The position numbers and the translations under genes were made by a program. The notes below the pieces were generated by a model, which was not told the DNA's origin, made no database searches, and saw only the letters and a program-made list of their open reading frames with translations. 51,586 nt of DNA, taken from NCBI GenBank assembly GCA_049273835.1, contig JBASRM010000547.1:1-51586 (forward strand). The letters are read 5' to 3'. This DNA is from Blastocatellia bacterium (GTDB taxonomy: Bacteria; Acidobacteriota; Blastocatellia; UBA7656). Within the stretch, counting starts at the first letter, position 1, and every line of letters starts with the position of its first letter. This document shows, piece by piece, positions 33,751-41,939 of the stretch.

Positions 33751-36318
33751 TCAATAGAGCAGATATTTCTGCCTTGTCCGCGCGAACTCGGCAAGGCCTG
33801 CCTGCCATGTCGCCGCGATTTGTGAAGGCGACTTGCCTTCCTTGAGAGCGGCCAGAGTTGCACGGTTTGCAAGCAATCGCAAGTAGTCCTCGACTCTCCA
33901 GACGCCCGCGTATGCCCTGTTCAATTGATAGGCGATTTCCACGCCCACAGTGACAGGACGGAAAGCTCCGCGGTCGGTGATCACGATATTCACACCGCTG
34001 CATTCATCATTAGCAAACTTCGATGCCTTCGGAGTAAATCTTATCGGCAGGAACCGCACACCCGCCAGTCCCGCTCGATTAAGCGCCTCCGCGAGTTTCT
34101 GTCCGTCAAGCCACGGCGCGCCTATCACTTCAAAGGGCGTGTCCGTTCCCCGGCCCACTGAAAGGTTCGTCGTCTCGAGCAGTCCGATGCCAGGATAAAG
34201 GAGCGCTTCGGTGAGGCTGCGCATATTGGGTGACGGGTTTATCCAAGTCAGGGCGGTGCCGTCATAGTAGTCCGCGCGCCGCCAACCTTCCATCTTTATC
34301 ACGGTAAGATCCGCGCCTATCTTCCGCTCTGAGTTGAACAGCAGCGCGAGCTCCCCTATCGTCATTCCGTAGCGGACCGGGATCGCGTGATACGAAGTGA
34401 ACGAGTACGACGGCCGCTCGGTGAGCTCTCGATCTGCCACCGGGCCTTCGATATCGTAGCCGTTGATCGGATTTGGGCGGTCCAGCACAACGAACCTGAT
34501 CTTGTTCTTCGCTGCCTCTTCCATCGCGATCCCGCAGGTCGTCAAATAGGTATAGAACCGGGTGCCGACCTCCTGAATATCGAATACCAGGGTGTCGATG
34601 TCCTTTAGCATTTCCGGTGACGGTCGCCGCGATTCGTTCTGATAAAGGCTGTAAACAGGCAACCCAGTTTTTTCTTCGCGAGTCTGGCCTACCCAGGTGT
34701 CCTCGGCTCCGCGCAAGCCATGCTCCGGCGAAAACAGGGCAACCAGCTTCAAGGTTTTCGCAGTTGCCAGCAGCTCAATCGTCGAGCGTCCCTCACGATC
34801 GCGTCCGGTATGATTTGTTATCAATCCGACTCTGCGGCCCTCGAGTTGTCTGTAACCGTCGCGCGCAAGCACGTCAATCCCGTTGAGCACCGGATGAAGC
34901 GCTCCCGTAGGAATTGCGCGTGTGATGACAGCACGCGGCGCATCGACGAACTGCGGCGGTGTTTTCAACGCCTTAAAGATTGGTGCATGTGGAGGCTCGG
35001 TGATCGCGCCCGCGACGATCGAGGCCACCAACGAACGCAACCGAGTCACATCACCCTTCCCATCAGGATGAACGCGATTTGTCAGTAACACGACGAATGT
35101 TTGGCTCGCGGGATCGAGCCAAATACTCGTGCCCGTGAAACCGGTATGACCAAAAGTTCCCACCGGAAAGAGATCTCCGCGATTCGAAGAGTATGAAGTA
35201 TTGATGTCCCACCCGATACCTCGCATTTGCGACGTAGGAAGCGTCTGAGCGCTGACCATTCGCTCGATCGAATAGGGAGCAAGAACCCGCTTGCCGTTAT
35301 ATTCGCCGTTGTTGAGGATCATCTGACAGAAGATCGCGAGATCGTCTGCGCTGGAAAACAAGCCCGCGTGTCCGGCTACGCCGCCCATCTCGTAAGCGCG
35401 GGGGTCATGAACCTCGCCACGCATCCAGCGGCCTTCGCGGTTTTCGGTGGGGGCGATTCGCGCAGCGCCAAAGCTCTTGTGGGCTTGCAAAAGCTCCCGA
35501 AGTTTTTCCGTTGTAAGGAGTCCTCGCGATCGAATCGTGTTGTCAAGAACCTGCAGATTGCCGCGAAAGAAAGTCTCCCTCATACCGAGCGGCGTAAAGA
35601 TGTTCGAAGCGGCGAAGTCGTCGATACGTTTGCCAGAAACACGGTGGACAATTTCAGCGGCGACGATGAAACCAACGTCGGAATAGACGAAGCGGCTGCC
35701 GGGCTCGTAGCCTGGCCGCAGTTCGTAAATCAATGAAAGCGGGTCTACCGTTTTGCCAACATAGTCGGCGATCTCGTTATCCGGCGGAAGCCCCGCGCGA
35801 TGGGTCATCAACTGCTCGACTGTGATTCGCTCTTTGCCGTTCTTAGCGAACTCAGGGACGTAGCGCGCGACCGGATCGGCAAGTGAGACCTTGCCTCGTT
35901 CAACGAGAATCATCAGAGAGGTTGCCGTCGCGACGACCTTGGTCAGGGAAGCCAGATCGAATATCGTATCAGCGGTCATTGTTTCGCGCTTAGGTTCAAT
36001 CGCGCGATCGCCGAACGCCTTTCGAAAAACGATCCGGCCTTTGCGAGCAACCAGAACTACCGCACCCGGCGCTTCTTTGCGAGCGATCGACTCGAGCACC
36101 GCTTCGTCGATTTTAGCGAGCCGCTCGGTGGACATTCCAACAGACTCGGGAGCCGCAGGTCTGAGTTTTGAGGTTTGTGTTCTACCATCTCGACCAGTGG
36201 TCCGTTGTGCAATCAGCGTAGAAGGAAAAACGAGGGCAAGCGCCGCAATCCCTACTATCGATCCCCGAAGCTTTGTGCTTCTTTGCGTCTTTGCTCGAAA
36301 CTCGCAACCCATTTTCAT
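33751..36318 (-). CDS. fusion: serine beta-lactamase-fold hydrolase (AmiE/YbbE-like) plus DUF1343/NamZ-like exo-beta-N-acetylmuramidase domain, secreted
   Basis: N-half has the S-x-x-K motif in FDLASLTKVVATATSLMIL and HTGFTGTS (KTG-like box). C-half has VGLITNHTGRDREGRSTIELL...LFSPEHGLRGAED, typical of DUF1343. Start at the ATG at 36318 (alternatives 36312, or TTG 36351). Confidence 0.85.
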   Translation of the reverse strand: MKMGCEFRAKTQRSTKLRGSIVGIAALALVFPSTLIAQRTTGRDGRTQTSKLRPAAPESVGMSTERLAKIDEAVLESIARKEAPGAVVLVARKGRIVFRKAFGDRAIEPKRETMTADTIFDLASLTKVVATATSLMILVERGKVSLADPVARYVPEFAKNGKERITVEQLMTHRAGLPPDNEIADYVGKTVDPLSLIYELRPGYEPGSRFVYSDVGFIVAAEIVHRVSGKRIDDFAASNIFTPLGMRETFFRGNLQVLDNTIRSRGLLTTEKLRELLQAHKSFGAARIAPTENREGRWMRGEVHDPRAYEMGGVAGHAGLFSSADDLAIFCQMILNNGEYNGKRVLAPYSIERMVSAQTLPTSQMRGIGWDINTSYSSNRGDLFPVGTFGHTGFTGTSIWLDPASQTFVVLLTNRVHPDGKGDVTRLRSLVASIVAGAITEPPHAPIFKALKTPPQFVDAPRAVITRAIPTGALHPVLNGIDVLARDGYRQLEGRRVGLITNHTGRDREGRSTIELLATAKTLKLVALFSPEHGLRGAEDTWVGQTREEKTGLPVYSLYQNESRRPSPEMLKDIDTLVFDIQEVGTRFYTYLTTCGIAMEEAAKNKIRFVVLDRPNPINGYDIEGPVADRELTERPSYSFTSYHAIPVRYGMTIGELALLFNSERKIGADLTVIKMEGWRRADYYDGTALTWINPSPNMRSLTEALLYPGIGLLETTNLSVGRGTDTPFEVIGAPWLDGQKLAEALNRAGLAGVRFLPIRFTPKASKFANDECSGVNIVITDRGAFRPVTVGVEIAYQLNRAYAGVWRVEDYLRLLANRATLAALKEGKSPSQIAATWQAGLAEFARTRQKYLLY

Positions 36319-36367
36319 GTTGATAACTCTTCCAAACCCGGAGACTCGCAATCCATCTTAGCCGTCT

Positions 36368-37843
36368 TCAATCAACAGCATGTTCCAACGCAGGCAGCTT
36401 CCGATCAAGGACCAGGCTGGCGGTGTAACCAGCCAAAAACGTTACCATCGAGCCGATCAGCACGTACCACTGCCACGATACATTGAGACCCGCCCAGACA
36501 AAGACCATTACCGCAATTCCGGTGATGACGCCGGCAAGTGCTCCGGCCTGCTTCACACGCCTGGTCAGCGTGCTCAGAAAAAACAAGCCCAGAATCGGAC
36601 CGTTCGTGAACGAAGCTATCGAGAGCACCGTGTCTACTATGCGGCGGTCCTTGCCGATCACGTATAGCGCGGCGGCTATCTGTACCGCTCCCCACACGGC
36701 AGTTACAACGTGCGATACGCGCATATAATGCGCTTGTGACCGGTTGGGGGCAATTAAGGGTTGATAGAAGTCCGTGATCGAAGTTGACGCCAACGCGTTT
36801 AACGATGAGGACATCGCCGCCGCGAGCATCGCCGCTATCACCAGACCGATTACTCCAGTCGGAAGCTCGTTGACGATGAAGTGTGAAAAGACCCGATCGG
36901 CGCTCAAGTCCGCCGGCAGCGTTTGATAGCGGCTGTAAAAAACGAACAGCATTACGCCGATCAGCAGAAACATTACGAACTGGGTGAAGACGATTAATCC
37001 GCTTGCCAGCAGCGCCTTCGCCGCCTGACGCGAATCTTTGCTGCACAGATATCGCTGCACAAGGTATTGGTCGGTCCCATGGGTCGAGGTTGTAAGAAAC
37101 GCGCCTCCAATCACGCCGGACCAGAACGTGTAGCTGCGCGAGAGGTCAATCGCGAAATCAAAGACCTGAAACTTGCCGGCTTCGCTCCCCACCGCGACTA
37201 CTTCATTCCAGCCTCCCCGTATCAAGTTCAGCAGGATCAATCCGGCGATTAACGCACCCGCATTGTAGATCAGGAGCTGGATGACTTCTATCCAGATGAC
37301 CGCGGTGATGCCGCCGAGATAGGTAAACACGATCATCACCGCGCCGATGATCAGGATCGATTTCCAATCCGCCCAGCCGGTGAGGGCAACAAGCGGAATC
37401 GCAGTCGCGTAAAGACGGACCCCGTCCGACAGCGATCGCGTGACAATAAACAGTGATGCGGCTACTCGCTTTACCGCCCCGCCGAATCTGCGGTCGAGAA
37501 TCTGGTAAACCGTAAACAGCTCGCCGCGAAAATACAGAGGGATGAATAGAGCCACAATGATCAGCCTGCCAAGCATGTAGCCGGCGACCAGTTGCATGAA
37601 AGTAAAGTTACCGCCTTCGCCTCGAGTATTCGCGGCAAAGGCGAAAGCAGGGACGCTTATGAAAGTGACTACCGAAGTCTCAGTGGCAACAATCGAAGCG
37701 GCGAGGGCCCACCAGGGTACTTCATGGTCCGAGAGGAAATAATCGCGCAGGTCTTTTTGTTTGCGGCTGAAGAACCAACCGAGCAGGACAACTCCCGCAA
37801 GGTAAGCGACTATTATGATCAGATCAAGAGCATGAAGATGCAT
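36368..37843 (-). CDS. sodium:solute symporter (SSS) family transporter
   Basis: 491 aa, about 13 TM. N-terminal [30 protein letters not shown] and [13 protein letters not shown] are typical of SSF. Confidence 0.88.
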   Translation of the reverse strand: MHLHALDLIIIVAYLAGVVLLGWFFSRKQKDLRDYFLSDHEVPWWALAASIVATETSVVTFISVPAFAFAANTRGEGGNFTFMQLVAGYMLGRLIIVALFIPLYFRGELFTVYQILDRRFGGAVKRVAASLFIVTRSLSDGVRLYATAIPLVALTGWADWKSILIIGAVMIVFTYLGGITAVIWIEVIQLLIYNAGALIAGLILLNLIRGGWNEVVAVGSEAGKFQVFDFAIDLSRSYTFWSGVIGGAFLTTSTHGTDQYLVQRYLCSKDSRQAAKALLASGLIVFTQFVMFLLIGVMLFVFYSRYQTLPADLSADRVFSHFIVNELPTGVIGLVIAAMLAAAMSSSLNALASTSITDFYQPLIAPNRSQAHYMRVSHVVTAVWGAVQIAAALYVIGKDRRIVDTVLSIASFTNGPILGLFFLSTLTRRVKQAGALAGVITGIAVMVFVWAGLNVSWQWYVLIGSMVTFLAGYTASLVLDRKLPALEHAVD

Positions 37844-37921
37844 GTCTCAAGCGTTGGGCAGGCTTGAATAGTAGCATAGACGCCAGCGCAAGTCTGGTTA
37901 TTCCCGGACGCATGCTGAAGC

Positions 37922-38935
37922 TTATGTTACTTCCGTTTGCATCTGAGCAAGCTTCGCGGCGCCGATGGCCGGCGGGAATAATGGCGGGCCAATTTGAGCA
38001 CGAGGTGCGGCCAATATTACAGTTTCACGCAATGACTCCAACACAAACTCACCAGATCTGAAGACGCTTCCAACGTAAACGACTCGAAAGGCGTTCGGAC
38101 CGAGCGCGAGCTTCTCGATCACTGATGCGGCGAGCCGTCCAAGTTCGCGGCCGGCGCCGGCCAATATGCCGCGCGCAACCTCATCACCTTTACACGCCGC
38201 CTCGTGCACAAGCTCTGCCAGCGGCGCGATGTCCACGGGCTCTGAGTCGCTGTTGTAGATCACCCCGGGTAAATCGCTGGGACCCGCTACTCCCAGCCTG
38301 CTACAGATTCTTTCAGCCAGAGCGGTTCTTGATGATCGTCCATCAAACGAAGACACCACCGCCTTGAGCGCGCGCTGCGCGATGTCATATCCGGATCCCT
38401 CATCGCTAAGAGTGGGTCCAAAACCCCCTGCGCGTGCCTGCTGGCCGGCTTCGTTGATGCCGATCGCAATTGACCCTGTGCCGGCTATCACAACGACACC
38501 GGGCTTTCCATCGAGTGCACCCTCGAGTGCCGCGCGCGCATCAGTTACCAGCTCGAGTCCCGCCACTCGCAGCGCCTCGTCGAGTGCATCCTTCATCGTG
38601 TGATAGTGGATGGGATGATTGATTCCGGCAATTGCAGCGCAAGCGGAGTCGACATCGTCACGCTCGATCCCGGCTTGCGAACACGCCTCGGCGACGGCCT
38701 CATCGATGTGCGCGACGGCTTCTTCGAGGCCGACGCGCAACGGGTTGGCCGCGCCGCTGAAGCCCTCGCCAATAATTCGAAACGAGGAGTCGGTTACGAC
38801 GGCGTTCGTCTTTGTGCCGCCACCGTCAATGCCCAGAAAGTATTTCTCCAAGCCCGAACGTGTCGAACGTGGTACCCGGTCAATTGTTGTTCGGTTGGGG
38901 CCGTTTGCGTTATCGGTCGTGAGGATCTTTGACAT
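37922..38935 (-). CDS. BadF/BadG/BcrA/BcrD-type ATPase, predicted N-acetylglucosamine/N-acetylmuramic acid kinase
   Basis: FLGIDGGGTKTNAVV phosphate-1 motif, VVIAGTGSIAIG, LSDEGSGYDIA. Starts 9 nt after the SIS gene stop. Confidence 0.82.
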   Translation of the reverse strand: MSKILTTDNANGPNRTTIDRVPRSTRSGLEKYFLGIDGGGTKTNAVVTDSSFRIIGEGFSGAANPLRVGLEEAVAHIDEAVAEACSQAGIERDDVDSACAAIAGINHPIHYHTMKDALDEALRVAGLELVTDARAALEGALDGKPGVVVIAGTGSIAIGINEAGQQARAGGFGPTLSDEGSGYDIAQRALKAVVSSFDGRSSRTALAERICSRLGVAGPSDLPGVIYNSDSEPVDIAPLAELVHEAACKGDEVARGILAGAGRELGRLAASVIEKLALGPNAFRVVYVGSVFRSGEFVLESLRETVILAAPRAQIGPPLFPPAIGAAKLAQMQTEVT

Positions 38936-38944
38936 AAAAAAGCT

Positions 38945-40027
38945 TCAGACGTTTAACAGCACTGTACGCTCCAGATGGCGAGGCGCATCGGGATTCAAAT
39001 CGCGAGCCGCAGCCCGCCAATAGGCCAATAACTGCCCAACGTGAGCGTACAACGCCGGGCGCAAAGCCTCGCAATACGGATAACCGGCTTCCGATGGCGG
39101 ACCGATCAGGATCTCGGGGTCGGAATCCATAAACTGCGAATGCTGGGAATCCACTACTAAAGTCCGCGCGCCGGTTGTCGTTATTTCATGAACCAGCGTC
39201 TCCAGGTGCCGGCGCTCGGCTTCTGCGGGAAATATGATGACCTGGTCCGCCAAGTTCAGAGTTGCCTTCGGGCCGTGCCTGAACTCGAGGGTGCGATAGC
39301 TGAATGCTGTCTCGAGAGCCATTTCGGTAAGCTTCAATGCACATTCATCGGCAAGCCCCTTCATCGGACCCGAACCCAGGAAAAAGAACCGGTTGATGCT
39401 TTCATCCTCGGCGAGCGGCCGGATCAATTGCTCAGTCGATTGAAGCGCGCGATCGATGAGCGTGGGCAAGTGCGCAATAGCATCTGCGTGATGGCTTCCT
39501 GCCACTCCGTCCGCAAGCAAATACAAGCCGGCGAGCATGCACGTAAACGCCTGAGTCATGACCACGGAGTGCTCTGCGCATTCGGTGAATACGATCTCAG
39601 AGTCGCAGGCTTTGCCGGCGATCCCGCGATCGGTTGTGATCGCGAGAGAGCGCGCTCCGTAGGTTCGCTTGAGTCGTTCGACCGCGAGCCGCACCTCAGT
39701 CGTTCCGCCGCTTCGCGAGATCGCAATCACAAGAGGCTTTGCGTCCCGCGCGAGGTAGTGTTCGGGAAAGTGCGCCAGCTCGGACGATGCGACGGCGGTA
39801 ACCGGCCGGCCAAACATCTCACTCCACGCGAATGAGGCGCATAGGGCGAGGTGATGGGACGAGCCGCACCCGGTGATGATGATGTCACTATAATCGTCAA
39901 CGGGAAGAAACTCCCTGAATATGCGGCTGCGCTCTCCGGCGAGGTCAACCGTTCGCTGACAGGAGGTAGCCTGATGATAGATCTCGCTGAGTGTTACATT
40001 GAGCTTAAGGGGTACTTCTTCGAACAT
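38945..40027 (-). CDS. double-SIS-domain sugar-phosphate isomerase/deaminase (GlmS C-terminal / AgaS / NagB-II-like)
   Basis: IIITGCGSSHHLALCASFAWSE, AISRSGGTTE, second SIS FFFLGSGPMKGLADECALKLTE. Start set at the ATG at 40027 (MFEEVPLK...). Confidence 0.8.
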   Translation of the reverse strand: MFEEVPLKLNVTLSEIYHQATSCQRTVDLAGERSRIFREFLPVDDYSDIIITGCGSSHHLALCASFAWSEMFGRPVTAVASSELAHFPEHYLARDAKPLVIAISRSGGTTEVRLAVERLKRTYGARSLAITTDRGIAGKACDSEIVFTECAEHSVVMTQAFTCMLAGLYLLADGVAGSHHADAIAHLPTLIDRALQSTEQLIRPLAEDESINRFFFLGSGPMKGLADECALKLTEMALETAFSYRTLEFRHGPKATLNLADQVIIFPAEAERRHLETLVHEITTTGARTLVVDSQHSQFMDSDPEILIGPPSEAGYPYCEALRPALYAHVGQLLAYWRAAARDLNPDAPRHLERTVLLNV

Positions 40028-40219
40028 CTCAACCTTCTTGGCCTTTACTCTTTTATAGCCCTCGTCGAAGCGATTGTAAATCAATTTATTATTATAGTTA
40101 CGATAACAGATCGTTGTTCCACACAGGTCACAGGCGGGTAACAACCCACAAATCAAATCAGGAATGTAGTGTCTATTCTTAATTTATTGATCAGTGAATC
40201 TATGACGAACAGGAGAGTT

Positions 40220-40675
40220 ATGACCCGACGGATTGCTTTGGTTTTCCTGGCCATTAGCTGTTTCTCGACTAGCTTCAGGGCTGCGGCCGGTCCCAGAAGC
40301 CCAATCCTGGACGACCAGCTAACCCCGTATTCCTCTATCGCACCGCCCTTCATCACGCCCGCCAAAGATGTGTTTGTCGTGCGTGAGGGAGACTCAATCG
40401 TCCTGACCGTGACGGCCACATGCCTGCTCGAGGATGAGAGCGAGACCCAGTTTGAGTTGGCGGGTTCCGCGCCGGGTTTTATTCACCTGTCGGCCCCGTA
40501 TCGCAACGAGCAACGGCGCACCGAGTATGCGGAAGGATTGGGTGTGGCGTTGATCTCGCCCCAGATCGGAGATGCCGGAAAATATGTTGTGAGTATTCTA
40601 GTCAGATCGTGCAACGGGAAAGTGGAGCGGGTGATCACATTTAAGGTGCGCGTCAAATCGGCTCTACTGACCTAA
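40220..40675 (+). CDS. small secreted protein, possibly Ig-like fold, unknown function
   Basis: AGGAGA SD before the ATG at 40220. Signal peptide MTRRIALVFLAISCFSTSFRAAAG. Beta-rich remainder. Confidence 0.5.
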   Translation: MTRRIALVFLAISCFSTSFRAAAGPRSPILDDQLTPYSSIAPPFITPAKDVFVVREGDSIVLTVTATCLLEDESETQFELAGSAPGFIHLSAPYRNEQRRTEYAEGLGVALISPQIGDAGKYVVSILVRSCNGKVERVITFKVRVKSALLT

Positions 40676-40877
40676 GAAGTCAGACCCTAGTTCAAGCCTA
40701 AGCTTACGCTTTGCGTTAAACACAGGCGTCCCCAGGATGGCATCACAAGTCACCACCGGTCGTGTCGAAATCTGGAGTCCAAGACCAGGCTGCGTTGACG
40801 GCATCGGCTCTCGACTTTGCCGCTCGAGCTCGAATCGCTATCATGACCATTCGCGTATCGACGAGCGTCCCGCTCCT

Positions 40878-41792
40878 ATGGAACTAAGGCTCCTAAGAAC
40901 CTTCAAGGCGGTCGCAGAAGCTGATTCATTCACTCAAGCGGCCGCACGCATACACGTGACCCAGGCGGCGGTCAGTGTTCACATTCGTCAGCTAGAAGAA
41001 GAAGTAGGCGCTCCGCTCTTCTTGCGTGTCAACAAGAAGCTATATCTCACCGAAGCCGGTCGCGCGTTGCTGGGTCATGCCGAAACTATCCTTCGCGCTC
41101 ACGACGAGGCCAAGGCCGACCTCGCAGCGATCGGGGGGCCCTCGCAAGGACGCTTACATCTGGGGGTCGCCTCGACCGCGGTAACGGTCCATCCTTTGCC
41201 CGAGATCTTAAGTGAGATCAAACGCGCATACCCGCTACTTGACTTATCAGTCGCCGGCGGCACTAGCGACTGGATAATTGAGCAGATCGTTGGCGGCGAT
41301 ATTGACGCCGGACTAGTGTCGCTTCCGGTTCAGGCATCGGACGTTCTGACTCAAACTCTCCGAGCTGACCGCCTGGTCGCGGCGATGAGCCCGAAACATA
41401 AGCTGGCACGCTCCCGTTTGATCAGCGCCGAGGAACTCGCCTCTGAACAGTTAATACTAGGCGAGAAAGGCGGGAACACCCGCAGATTGATCGACTTGTT
41501 CTTCGAAAAGAACAAACAAGAGCCGAAGATCGTGATGGAGCTTCAGCGCACAGAGGCGATAATTAAGATGGTCGAGCTGGGATTTGGCGTGACCATTGTT
41601 CCGCGCGGAACGGTTCAAACGCACGTAGCGCGGGGCAGCTTGCGCGCGGTGCCTGTGCGCGAGCTCGACGCCCAATGGGAGTTTGGTGTCGCCTATTTGA
41701 AAAGCGATTATCTGCCCCCGGCACTCGAATCGTTCTTAAAGCTTTGTCGCGCGTTCATCGGCGGCGAGGGTGGTGAAAGGCTCGGCGAGTAA
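40878..41792 (+). CDS. LysR-family transcriptional regulator
   Basis: MELRLLRTFKAVAEADSFTQAAARIHVTQAAVSVHIRQLEEEVGAPLF (HTH_1) followed by a LysR substrate-binding domain. The longer upstream extension was rejected. Confidence 0.9.
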   Translation: MELRLLRTFKAVAEADSFTQAAARIHVTQAAVSVHIRQLEEEVGAPLFLRVNKKLYLTEAGRALLGHAETILRAHDEAKADLAAIGGPSQGRLHLGVASTAVTVHPLPEILSEIKRAYPLLDLSVAGGTSDWIIEQIVGGDIDAGLVSLPVQASDVLTQTLRADRLVAAMSPKHKLARSRLISAEELASEQLILGEKGGNTRRLIDLFFEKNKQEPKIVMELQRTEAIIKMVELGFGVTIVPRGTVQTHVARGSLRAVPVRELDAQWEFGVAYLKSDYLPPALESFLKLCRAFIGGEGGERLGE

Positions 41793-41839
41793 GACTCGCC
41801 GTCAGATTGCAAGGACCTGGGTTTGAGTTCGAGCCGGGT

Positions 41840-41869
41840 TTGAGCATTTTGCACCTGACTTGGTATACT
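41840..41869 (+). promoter_or_regulatory. candidate promoter for the M36 peptidase gene (extended -10 type)
   Basis: TTGAGC, 18-nt spacer, TGgTATACT. Confidence 0.3.
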
Positions 41870-41939
41870 CGGCGATCTTCGTTTCCAGTCCGAGGCGTTT
41901 CAATAGATCCGCAGATTCAACCTAAGCTGGAGTCGTTTC

